Source: a virus (Duplodnaviria; Caudoviricetes). From it: 42,352 nt of DNA. The stretch's first letter is position 1, and each line of letters starts with the position of its first letter. Of the stretch, positions 1-9,000 are shown piece by piece. Both the position numbers and the translations under genes were made by a program. The stretch lies in IMG/VR virus record IMGVR_UViG_3300012953_000059, positions 1 through 42,352 of that record; one strand, given 5' to 3'. The notes under the pieces are model-generated. The model did not search any database, had not been told where the DNA came from, and saw nothing but the letters and a program-made list of their open reading frames with translations.

Positions 1-1
1 A

Positions 2-646
2 AAAAATAAAGCAGACGCAATGGCAGGCAATGTTCCCATTTCTATCAAAAGAAAGAAAGGACTTCGCAATGGGTCTTTCGATTGGATCAACACATCATCT
101 ACCAATGGCATCATCGACAGAACCGTATTTACGGACTTCTTCAAATTCGTTAAGTACGCTAGAGAAAACAGCATTGAGTGCGATATCACTGAAGTCCGTG
201 ATTGGTATAGTAAATGCTGTGAAGCAGCACTATCAAAAATCACGTCAACGCAAATTACCAAATTCCTTAAAGAACAGGTATGCGATAAGCAAGCAGGATT
301 CAAACTGGTAGTGGCAGACACCGAGGCAGACACATTATACATTATAGACCATGCTGCCACCCCTTTAGTGAAATTGTTAAAGCAGCAATACAAACCAGTA
401 TTAGTGCAAGGGCGTGGCAAGTCCAGTCGCAAGATTATATTCGTAGCACCAGGCAAAGGCATTAATGATATTGGTTCGGGTGTTGATATTGGTCTACGTC
501 TTAGGGTGACTAGCAACAATGGCATCAATGCAATGCTAGGACTAAGCAAGGCAAACAAGAACAGTCAGACAGTAATCAAAATCCAACAGGATCAAGTGCA
601 ACAGTTTGTAAACGATTCCTCACCGACCATTGTATTCGCTGACTGA
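2..646 (+). CDS. Putative PD-(D/E)xK-superfamily (restriction-endonuclease-like) nuclease, probably 5'-truncated by the window
   Basis: The frame is open from nt 2 (KNKADA-MAGNVPISIKRKK). KAD...ISIK matches the D-x(n)-S-x-K variant of the PD-(D/E)xK catalytic motif. The Asp (nt 14-16) lies upstream of the ORF-track ATG at 20, so the true start is likely outside the window. Confidence 0.5.
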   Translation, partial: KNKADAMAGNVPISIKRKKGLRNGSFDWINTSSTNGIIDRTVFTDFFKFVKYARENSIECDITEVRDWYSKCCEAALSKITSTQITKFLKEQVCDKQAGFKLVVADTEADTLYIIDHAATPLVKLLKQQYKPVLVQGRGKSSRKIIFVAPGKGINDIGSGVDIGLRLRVTSNNGINAMLGLSKANKNSQTVIKIQQDQVQQFVNDSSPTIVFAD

Positions 647-657
647 CCATGTATAAT
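630..657 (+). promoter_or_regulatory. sigma70-type (phage early) promoter
   Basis: TTGTAT (630-635), 16-nt spacer, TATAAT (652-657), about 30 nt upstream of ATG 688. Confidence 0.55.
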
Positions 658-687
658 ATAAGAGTAAACAACACAGGGATCCAACGC

Positions 688-876
688 ATGACCACTTGGG
701 CAATTCAACCAAAATCCACAGGCAACTTCAACGATCAAATTTGTGAGTTTGTCGCTACTGGATTTGAAGCAGCGTCCGACATGGCATTCAACTGGTCTCA
801 AGAGATAGGCGAACCCGTGACCATTTGGAGAGTCGGCACTATTTCTGAATTCAGATGGATGGACGTTACAGCATAA
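688..876 (+). CDS. Small hypothetical early-region protein (62 aa, MTTWAIQP...)
   Basis: The ORF track gives 649..876, but ATG 649 overlaps the -10 box. ATG 688 follows AGGGA and is the more plausible start. A terminator follows directly. Confidence 0.65.
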   Translation: MTTWAIQPKSTGNFNDQICEFVATGFEAASDMAFNWSQEIGEPVTIWRVGTISEFRWMDVTA

Positions 877-885
877 GGATTTCAC

Positions 886-912
886 AGGGGACAGTAAATC
901 GTCCCCTTTTTT
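886..912 (+). terminator. Rho-independent terminator
   Basis: AGGGGAC-agtaaatc-GTCCCCT stem-loop running into a T-tract. Confidence 0.85.
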
Positions 913-977
913 GTATGCCCCCGTAGCCCGAGCGAAAACGCCTAAGTCCCTAACCTACAAAAGTATCCAAACGAGCT

Positions 978-984
978 CTAAATA
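978..984 (+). promoter_or_regulatory. Putative T4-like late promoter (CTAAATA variant)
   Basis: CTAAATA in intergenic DNA upstream of the first late-type ORFs. Confidence 0.45.
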
Positions 985-1031
985 TATTTTGAAAATGAAA
1001 AAAATTTTCCCATAAACCCGAAAAAATTTCC

Positions 1032-1244
1032 GTGACAAAAAATCCCGAAAAAAGTCCATCCTCTTGGACGTATGAAGAGGCACTTAATAACTTTGACCAA
1101 TTCTGTGATTACTTCGACCATGCAGCATCAGCAAGATACCAATCAACTCAAAACGAGGGAAGAGATCCTTCTGCAGACAATACACGAACTTCAACGCCGA
1201 GTGACGGCATTGGAGACTCCTACATTGATGTACAGACCACCTGA
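1032..1244 (+). CDS. Hypothetical acidic protein (70 aa) overlapping the next ORF
   Basis: GTG start. Protein-like amphipathic segment YEEALNNFDQFCDYFDHAA. The 3' half overlaps the next ORF in another frame. Confidence 0.5.
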   Translation: MTKNPEKSPSSWTYEEALNNFDQFCDYFDHAASARYQSTQNEGRDPSADNTRTSTPSDGIGDSYIDVQTT

Positions 1245-1371
1245 GTCTGAAAAGCACGTAAAAGTAGCAGAGTACCTAGATAGCGTAGAAGAAAGACTTC
1301 GTAAGCTTGAAAAAAACGCCCAACGTACCCCTACGGTATATTTGGATGATATTAACACTCCCTCTCTATAA
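1120..1371 (+). CDS. Hypothetical coiled-coil protein (LMYRPP motif)
   Basis: ORF track 1072..1371. The second Met (1120) is the plausible start. Two heptad helices flank TLMYRPP. Ends 5 nt before the PAAR gene. Confidence 0.65.
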   Translation: MQHQQDTNQLKTREEILLQTIHELQRRVTALETPTLMYRPPESEKHVKVAEYLDSVEERLRKLEKNAQRTPTVYLDDINTPSL

Positions 1372-1376
1372 TACTA

Positions 1377-1712
1377 ATGTCTGCACCAGCACTCTATAAA
1401 GGAATACCCGATACAGGTGCTTCCTGTCCATGCACAGGTCCACCAGTTACGATGACTCCTACCACTCCTTCACTGAAGGTGTTGTTCAATGGTGTACAAC
1501 CTATCAGGAATGGAGATCAAATGCCTAACACTCCTGGAATGACTTGTACATCCAATCCATCACCTTGTAGTAATTCCCGATTTGTGATTGCTACAGGTTC
1601 ACCCAAGGTACTTGTGAATGGTAAGAGTCTTGCTAAGGTAGGAGATATCTTAAATGCAGGTACTAACATTCGTGTAGGTGCAGCACCAGCAATTAGGATT
1701 GTGACTAGTTGA
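1377..1712 (+). CDS. gp5.4: PAAR-repeat spike-tip protein (T4 gp5.4-like)
   Basis: PAAR-type repeats KVLFNGVQPIRNGD and GSPKVLVNGKSLAKVGD. 111 aa, located upstream of gp25. Confidence 0.85.
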   Translation: MSAPALYKGIPDTGASCPCTGPPVTMTPTTPSLKVLFNGVQPIRNGDQMPNTPGMTCTSNPSPCSNSRFVIATGSPKVLVNGKSLAKVGDILNAGTNIRVGAAPAIRIVTS

Positions 1713-1727
1713 CGAGTGTGCTATAAT
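1699..1727 (+). promoter_or_regulatory. sigma70-type promoter with extended -10
   Basis: TTGTGA (1699-1704), 17-nt spacer, TGcTATAAT (1719-1727), about 22 nt before ATG 1750. Confidence 0.7.
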
Positions 1728-1749
1728 ATAAGTACTTTGCAATTGCATT

Positions 1750-1896
1750 ATGGCTAGGAATCGAGCGTTAAGTGGCGGTGATACGATAGAGGCAATACCC
1801 AAGAAGACCAGACAGGGAACTGGGAAGCATACTAAATACAGTGCAAGCTCTCGTAATGGAGCTAAGAAACGCTACCGAGGACAAGGAAGAAAATGA
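1750..1896 (+). CDS. Small highly basic protein (48 aa)
   Basis: Hand translation: MARNRALSGGDTIEAIPKKTRQGTGKHTKYSASSRNGAKKRYRGQGRK*. Below the ORF-track cutoff, directly behind a promoter, with an ATGA overlap to the next ORF. Confidence 0.8.
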   Translation: MARNRALSGGDTIEAIPKKTRQGTGKHTKYSASSRNGAKKRYRGQGRK

Positions 1897-2021
1897 CTGA
1901 GTTCAACTACGTGGTTGGAAAACCTAAGAATCTCCAGTATAGAGACGACTGGGATGATGATAAGGACGGTAATGTAGATACCGAAGAACGTGAGAAGTAT
2001 AATCCAGAAGCAAGCGAGTAA
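1893..2021 (+). CDS. Small acidic protein (42 aa) with EF-hand-like loop
   Basis: Hand translation: MTEFNYVVGKPKNLQYRDDWDDDKDGNVDTEEREKYNPEASE*. ATGA-coupled to the upstream ORF. Confidence 0.6.
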   Translation: MTEFNYVVGKPKNLQYRDDWDDDKDGNVDTEEREKYNPEASE

Positions 2022-2057
2022 TCGCCTAACCGCCGAAAGCTCCGAATATAAACTATT

Positions 2058-2435
2058 ATGACTACTGAAAATACGGGGTCGCCACATGACCCCGACTATA
2101 ATATCTCTGTGAGTTCTGCTCCAGATAGAATACCCGAAGGATACGTACCTCCTGAAGGATCTCCTGCTGCTAAGACGTATAATCCTGATACTTGGTATCC
2201 TGATGGTACTCATGAAAGAGCAATGGATACTGGTGGTTCTGGTATACCTGATGAAAATTTCTTATATCCAAGTCATCCACCTAATATGGATCAGGATATG
2301 TTACATAAGATCTTATCTAAGGTTGCCGACCAATATGTAAGGTTTGGTGCTCTAGAGGATATTATATTAAAACAAAATGAGAAGATAGACGAACTTATTA
2401 AATTATTATCTGATCCCAGTGGAAGAACGAAATAA
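2058..2435 (+). CDS. Hypothetical protein, Pro/Asp-rich disordered N-terminus and C-terminal coiled coil
   Basis: 125-aa ORF in operon context. Heptad segment LEDIILKQNEKIDELIKLL. Confidence 0.7.
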   Translation: MTTENTGSPHDPDYNISVSSAPDRIPEGYVPPEGSPAAKTYNPDTWYPDGTHERAMDTGGSGIPDENFLYPSHPPNMDQDMLHKILSKVADQYVRFGALEDIILKQNEKIDELIKLLSDPSGRTK

Positions 2436-3102
2436 TGAATGCTTTGTCCCATTCGGACCATTAGTGTATAGAGGTAATATGGGGGGAGAGTTTCTAGACT
2501 TTCTCCACCTACACCTTGATCAAGTAAGATTGGGTCAAGATGCTGGTGATAGACTAGCTGGTAATATCGAATCCCAAAAGGATGGGAATGGATTCCCATC
2601 AAGAGATTTTGTAAAGCATTTAAAACCCCATGTTGTTAATTACCTTAAGGGTAATTATGAAAGAGAGATAGCAACGGATCGCAACCTAAAGAATGGAAAG
2701 CATGGAGAGATGTTCTTAGATCCAGATAACCATAAGATCAGGTTCAATTTAGGAAAAGGTCCATGGGTTAATTTTTCTCAAAAATATGAGTTTAATCCTA
2801 TACATTCTCATTCTGGTATTATAAGTGCTGTTGCGATGATAGATATACCAGAAGAGATTGAAGAGGAAAGGGAAACTAACGGTTTCCATAGTAAAGCAGC
2901 TGGATGCTTAGACTTTATACATGCTAATCAACATGCTACAGTAAATTCTAAAACAGGAGATTTATTTTTGTTTCCTGCTTACTTGTGGCATCTAGTTTAT
3001 CCTTATCATAGTGATGTTGAGAGAATAACAATGTCCTTTAACATTACTGAAGTAAGATTCGATAACATGTATCTAGAAGGTGGACAAGTAAACTATCACT
3101 AA
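2419..3102 (+). CDS. Putative 2OG-Fe(II) oxygenase (HxH...H type)
   Basis: WVNF...FNPIHSHSG...GDLFLFPAYLWHLVYP...ERITMSFN: double-stranded beta-helix (DSBH) motifs with metal ligands and an R-x-S-like 2OG-binding segment. Confidence 0.85.
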   Translation: MEERNNECFVPFGPLVYRGNMGGEFLDFLHLHLDQVRLGQDAGDRLAGNIESQKDGNGFPSRDFVKHLKPHVVNYLKGNYEREIATDRNLKNGKHGEMFLDPDNHKIRFNLGKGPWVNFSQKYEFNPIHSHSGIISAVAMIDIPEEIEEERETNGFHSKAAGCLDFIHANQHATVNSKTGDLFLFPAYLWHLVYPYHSDVERITMSFNITEVRFDNMYLEGGQVNYH

Positions 3103-3108
3103 AGAACA

Positions 3109-3258
3109 ATGGAAGACTTATACAATCCTACACCAGAAGAAGACAGCACTCTGCTCACAGAAGCAGATGCTGATGTATGGTTAAAGAAGACCAAGAAAAG
3201 AGATATTAACAAATATAAAACTGAAGACTTATATCCACATGAAAAACAAGGGCATTGA
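3109..3258 (+). CDS. Small hypothetical protein (49 aa)
   Basis: Hand translation: MEDLYNPTPEEDSTLLTEADADVWLKKTKKRDINKYKTEDLYPHEKQGH*. Fills the gap between the two oxygenases. Confidence 0.6.
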   Translation: MEDLYNPTPEEDSTLLTEADADVWLKKTKKRDINKYKTEDLYPHEKQGH

Positions 3259-3853
3259 CTATAATATCATTCCCAATTGGTTAACTGAGGGTGAATGTGA
3301 TAAATTATATCATCGTGTTATAGAAACAGAGGAATATGTTAAATCACTTGGTCCTGATGTAGCAGCAACCAATACTGAAGGTAGTGCATATTCAAAGTAT
3401 AAAGAAACGGATGCTCTTGGTGGTAGATCAGGAGCTTATAACCATTTAGATGATCCAATCATTTATAGTATTATGATGCCCGCTATCCGCAGAATTTTTC
3501 ATGATGGATTGAATGTAAGAATGTGGGCAAATACTTTCAGGAAAGGTGAAGGTCTCGGTACTCATACTCATAGAGATGCTGGAGCTCCTAATTGCCCTCC
3601 TAAATCATGGGCAGCATGTATCTTATATTGTGGTGGACCCACAGATGGTACATGGTTTGATTTTCAAGTGAAGCCAGGGGTTTTCGAGGATGTGCATGTA
3701 GATAATAAGAAGGGAGATCTTATTGTATTCTCTGCAGATGTACCACACTGGGTTCCTCCTCATGATACTGATGGTATTCGTGTGTCTATAGCGTTTGATG
3801 TATGTGAAGGTAACGGAGCAGGTGATACTAGAGTATTAAGACCAATAAAGTGA
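3239..3853 (+). CDS. Putative 2OG-Fe(II) oxygenase (HxH...H type)
   Basis: MWANTFRKGEGLGTHTH...GDLIVFSADVPHWVPP...RVSIAFD motifs. Confidence 0.85.
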   Translation: MKNKGIDYNIIPNWLTEGECDKLYHRVIETEEYVKSLGPDVAATNTEGSAYSKYKETDALGGRSGAYNHLDDPIIYSIMMPAIRRIFHDGLNVRMWANTFRKGEGLGTHTHRDAGAPNCPPKSWAACILYCGGPTDGTWFDFQVKPGVFEDVHVDNKKGDLIVFSADVPHWVPPHDTDGIRVSIAFDVCEGNGAGDTRVLRPIK

Positions 3854-3884
3854 TATACATAATATATTACTCAAACTATGCTTG

Positions 3885-4280
3885 ATGCCTACTGTTTCAA
3901 AGTTTAAAGATTTTTCTCTTTCTTTCACAAGAAATAAGATCACAAATGATCTACTTGTGAAGAAGGAGAATGCTGCTATCAAGCAAGCTGTATTGAATAT
4001 CCTTCTTACAGAGAAGGGAGAAAGATTATATAATAGTGACTTTGGATCTAGTGTCCGTAGCTATTTGTTTGAACCATTAGATTTTGCTACGGCAGGTCTT
4101 GTTCAGACTGCGGTAGAAGATTGCTTAGTCGAATATGAACCTAGGGTTAATATACTTGAACTTAGTGTAATACCTGATTTTGATCAGAATGGATTTGAAG
4201 TGCAACTAGCTTTCTCTATTACAGGTAGGGATGATCTTCCACCTCAAAGTATTGAGTTCTTCCTTAATCGTACCCGATAA
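3885..4280 (+). CDS. gp25: Baseplate wedge subunit gp25 (GPW/gp25 family)
   Basis: AIKQAVLNILLTEKGERLYNSDFGS...LFEP...YEPRV signature. Immediately upstream of gp6. Confidence 0.93.
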   Translation: MPTVSKFKDFSLSFTRNKITNDLLVKKENAAIKQAVLNILLTEKGERLYNSDFGSSVRSYLFEPLDFATAGLVQTAVEDCLVEYEPRVNILELSVIPDFDQNGFEVQLAFSITGRDDLPPQSIEFFLNRTR

Positions 4281-6088
4281 TGCCTTACACTCAAGTTGCT
4301 AACTTAGACTTTGCGGATATTAAGGCCGCACTTAAAGATTACATGAAAGCACAGTCAGATTTTACTGACTATGACTTTGAAGGATCTGCTATTACCACAT
4401 TCTTAGATGTTTTAGCATACAACACATACTATACTGCATTTAACACCAACATGGTGGTAAATGAAATGTTTCTTGACTCTGCAACTCTAAGAGACAATGT
4501 TGTAAGCTTAGCAAAGCAAATTGGATATAGACCCAGATCAGCGACTGCTCCAAAAGCATCAATTGACTTTGTAGTTAACTATCAAGGTGGTGGTACTTCT
4601 CCTGATACACTTGTACTAAAACAAGGAACAGGATTTGTTACTAATTTTGACGATACTTTATATCAGTATGTTGTAATTGAAGATCAGGAAACTCCTCTTG
4701 TTAATAATACAGCAACATATGAGGGAATCGACATATATCAAGGTACTTTATTAACTCAGTCTTACACAATCAACACTGCTCTTAAGAATCAGCGTTTTAT
4801 TATTAACAATACTGGTACAGATGTATCAACTATCCGTGTTAAGGTGTATAAACAACAAGGAGATACAGCTTTCTTAACCTTTGCTAGTGCAGAAAACATT
4901 TTAAACCTTGATGGTACATCAGAAGTCTATTTCGTAGAAGAAATTGAAGATGAGAACTATGAAATCTTTTTTGGTGATGGAGTATTTGGTAAAAAATTAG
5001 ATAATGGTAGTTTCGTAGAGATAACTTATCTTACTACATCTGCAGATACTACGAATGGAGCAAAGACATTTAATTTCTCTGGTTTGATACATGATAAGAT
5101 CAATCCTAGTAATAGCTTTCCTTATAATACTTCTGTAACCCTCGTAAATGCCTCTACAGGAGGTGCTGGAGTAGAATCCGTCTCTTCCATCAAGAAACAA
5201 GCTTCAAAGAGTTTTGCGAGTCAGGACAGGGCAGTTACATCAGATGACTATGTTTCTATTGTTAAGAAGGTTTATCCTTCTATATCTGATATTATTACAT
5301 TTGGTGGAGAAGAAGATAATCCTCCTGAATTTGGAAAAGTAAAGATTGCTATTAAACCAGAGAATGCTAGTACTATTTCAGCATACACTAAGAATGAAAT
5401 AGTTAAAGCTTTGAAGAATTACACAGTTGCTTCTGTTACACCTGTAATTGTTGATCCTTCTATTCTTTATATTGAGCTTGTCTCAACGATAAGTTACAAA
5501 ACTTCCAAAACTACTTTAAGTAAAGTAGAAATTCAATCTAAAGCTATTAAAGCAGTTGAAGATTATATTTCTTCTGCAGAGACAGAAAAGTTTAATGGTA
5601 GATTTCGTCACAGTAAATTTGCATCAGTTATAGATGGTTCTGATGGTGCTGTTACATCAAACATTACTAATGTAACTCTTAGAAAAGATTTTTACCCTGT
5701 ATTGAACTCGACTTATTATTATGAACTTTGTTTCGTAAATGAATTTAAAGATTCATGTGATGCTTCCGTAATGAAGTCCACAGGTTTCGTAGTAAGTGAG
5801 TATCCTTCCTTCACAGTGTATTTGGAGGATGATACCTTCGGTAAAGTAGACCTATATAGACTGAATTCCCTTACTGGTGAGAAAGTATATCTTAAGAAAG
5901 GTGTAGGTGATATTGATTACACTCACGGTGAAATTAAATTATACGATCTTACAATTATTAAGGGTAGTTTTACTGATAATAAAATTGAAATCCGTGTAGA
6001 ACCTGCATCGAGAGATGTGGATGCTGTACGAGAACTATATCTTGATGTTGATATCTCCAAATCCAATTTTAGTGCAGTTCCAGAATGA
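4280..6088 (+). CDS. gp6: Baseplate wedge subunit gp6
   Basis: LDFADIK...FTDYDFEGS...LDVLAYNTYY...EMFLDSATLRDNVVSLAKQIGYRPRS, FGDGVFG and QDRAVTSDDY motifs. Confidence 0.95.
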   Translation: MPYTQVANLDFADIKAALKDYMKAQSDFTDYDFEGSAITTFLDVLAYNTYYTAFNTNMVVNEMFLDSATLRDNVVSLAKQIGYRPRSATAPKASIDFVVNYQGGGTSPDTLVLKQGTGFVTNFDDTLYQYVVIEDQETPLVNNTATYEGIDIYQGTLLTQSYTINTALKNQRFIINNTGTDVSTIRVKVYKQQGDTAFLTFASAENILNLDGTSEVYFVEEIEDENYEIFFGDGVFGKKLDNGSFVEITYLTTSADTTNGAKTFNFSGLIHDKINPSNSFPYNTSVTLVNASTGGAGVESVSSIKKQASKSFASQDRAVTSDDYVSIVKKVYPSISDIITFGGEEDNPPEFGKVKIAIKPENASTISAYTKNEIVKALKNYTVASVTPVIVDPSILYIELVSTISYKTSKTTLSKVEIQSKAIKAVEDYISSAETEKFNGRFRHSKFASVIDGSDGAVTSNITNVTLRKDFYPVLNSTYYYELCFVNEFKDSCDASVMKSTGFVVSEYPSFTVYLEDDTFGKVDLYRLNSLTGEKVYLKKGVGDIDYTHGEIKLYDLTIIKGSFTDNKIEIRVEPASRDVDAVRELYLDVDISKSNFSAVPE

Positions 6089-9000
6089 ACGTAAAGTCTA
6101 AAAATATCTCGGCACTGATTGAAAGTCAGTTACCTGGATTCATCGTAGAGGACTATGAGTACTTCGTAAAGTTCCTCAAATCTTACTATGCTCAACAAGA
6201 GCTTAGTGGTGGTGTTTTAGATATTGTTTCAAATTTAACAAAATATCGTGATATTAACTTTTACGATAAAGAGGTTCTAACAGAGTCCTCAAAAACCGTT
6301 GGTATCACTGGGATCTCAGATACTAGTATAAATGTACTATCCACTAGTGGATTTCCTGATAGTGGACTTGCTAAAGTCGATGATGAAATTTTCTTTTATG
6401 CGTCAAAGACATCTAATCAGTTTAATGGTGTTGCTAGAGGTGTAAGTGGTAATACTGAACTTGGAGATCTTTATAAGCTCAGTACATATGTTGCTACTAG
6501 TGCAAGTACACATGCAGCAGATGTTAAGGTAGAAAATATAAGTAATCTGTTCTTGTATGCTCTTGTACAGAGCTTTGAGTCAGAATATCTTGCTGGTATA
6601 CCTGAGAAGTATCTACGTGGTGAAATTGATAAGAGAACCCTTATAAAGAATATCTCTTCTTTCTACAAATCAAAGGGTACTAAGCGTTCTATTCAATTTA
6701 TCTTCAATTCTCTCATAAGCAGTGAAGATAGTGATGTATATTTTCCAAAGGATAATACACTCAAAGCATCAGATTCTGATTACATTAATGTTCATGCTTT
6801 AAAGGTAATTGTTACAAGTGGTGATCCTAAAGATTTAATAGGTAAGGTTATTACTGAAACTGGAGACAACTATGCTTCAGCAGTAGTAGATAATATAAAA
6901 GAATTAGAAGGTAATATATGGGAATTGGTTCTTGCTCCATCTACAATCAATAATCAGTTTACTATAGCAAGTAAGACTACTCTTAAAAAGGCAATTGGTT
7001 CTGGTGATCAAACAGGATCTGTTATAGATGTTGATTCTACATTTGGATGGGCAAAGGAAGGAAATATATTTGCAGATGGCGAAGTTATTCAGTATGCTAG
7101 TAAAACTATACGTCAGTTCAAGATTAAGTACAGGTCTTTAACTAGAACTCATAATGTAGGACAGTCAATCTATAGTGATAATAGAATTAAAGGTAATAAT
7201 GTTGAAGTTATAGCTCTTGGTATAGTTTATAACCTATCACCTACTACTACAACACCATATGGTATTGAGGGTGAACCCTTAGTTGTAGAAGAATCTGGAT
7301 TTGATACAATTGATCCTAAAATCAAGAAGAGTGATGGTACTGTTAGATGGTTACCTAATGACGCTGCAACTTACACTCCTTCTTCAGGAGATACTAGAAC
7401 ACAAACATCAGTAAATGATGTTGTACCTGGTATACAGAGAATCTTCAGTGATGATAACAATTATTATATCTGTACTAGTGGTGTACCTGTTAATAGAACT
7501 ATGTTCTATAATCAGACAATACCTGCTTCCAAGACAGTTGTTGAACAATCTTTCTTGAGAACTATTAGAAAGAATGCTATTACAACTACTGAAGTATACA
7601 AGACTCCAAGAAAAGATTTTGGTATCCTAGTAGATGGTTCTTTAGCTTATACACATAAACATCAGGATAGTGTGTTCTATGGTGGTCTTACTAAGATTGC
7701 TGTTACTACACAGGGTGGTGGTTATTCTAGACCTCCTTATGTACTTGTTAATACAGAACCATATAAAGCAACTGCTATATTGTCTGGTACTGTAGTTGAA
7801 TCAGTTAGAGTAGATGTTGCTGGTGCATATACTGCTGCTCCTACTATTGAAATAGTATCTGGTAGAAACGCTGTATTAACACCAGTTATCACACGAGGAG
7901 CAATAACAAGCTTATTGGTTACTGATCCTGGTGAATATTATTCTGCTCCTCCAACTATCAGAATAGTTGATGCTCTGGGAAGAGGTAGATTTGCAGAGTA
8001 TACTGCTACTGTGTCTGCTACTGGACAGATATCTGGATGTATTAAAGTAAGCGGTGGATCTTTTTATAGTGAAGGAAATGTTGTAATTCAAGTTATACCA
8101 AGTGGTTCTGGTGCACTCGCAAGTTCTTCAATATATGAATGGATCAAAAATAGACTTGAAGTAGAGACAGATATAGACACAGAGTGGGGATTCTCTCACC
8201 TTAATGATAGAGGGTATCAAAATTACGGTACTATTTCATATCCACCAACACTAAGAGGAAGTGATACAGGAACTAATCATTCTCCTATCATTGGATTTGC
8301 GTATGATGGTAATCCGATATATGGTCCTTACGGATATTCAGATCCTGTAGACTCTTCTACTAGTATTGTGCGGATGCAATCAGGGTATAAGAAGTATGGA
8401 ACTAGACCAACTGGTCCTTCTCTTGTTACATATCCGCTAGGAACATTCATTCAAGATTATTATTACGCAGATAGATACGGAACTGTAGATAAAAATAACG
8501 GAAGATATTGTGTAACACCAGAATATCCAAATGGAACATATGCATACTTCGCAACATTCGATTCTGTAGGTGATCCAGAATTCCCTTACCTAATTGGTGA
8601 GAATTTCTATTCTTTACCTCTTGCTGCTAACTACGATCAGAATCAGACACAGAATGATCTCCCATTGGACGCTGTACGCCTCCGTGGGGTCGATACACCT
8701 AATAATGGTCGTAAGACTAGGGGAATCATTAAAGACGTTTCTGCTGGTAGTTTAGATGCATTTCAAGTATATGGATCATCTAACAATTTTAAAGTTGGTT
8801 CATCTATAGTTTTAGATAATACTGGTACTAATGGTATAGATGCTACAGGAACCATTTCTGCAGTTAAGGGAAATACCGTAGAGGAATTACAAGCTACGGA
8901 TGCAAAGAGAGTAGCTAAGCTTCAAATTACGGAAAATTGTTATGTGTTTAGTGGAGATGTTATAACACAATCTTCATCTGGAATATCTGGTAAGGTTGTT

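Noticed and set aside
649-687. ATG 649 as the start of the small early ORF
   Set aside because: It overlaps the -10 box of the predicted promoter. ATG 688 has an RBS-like AGGGA upstream.
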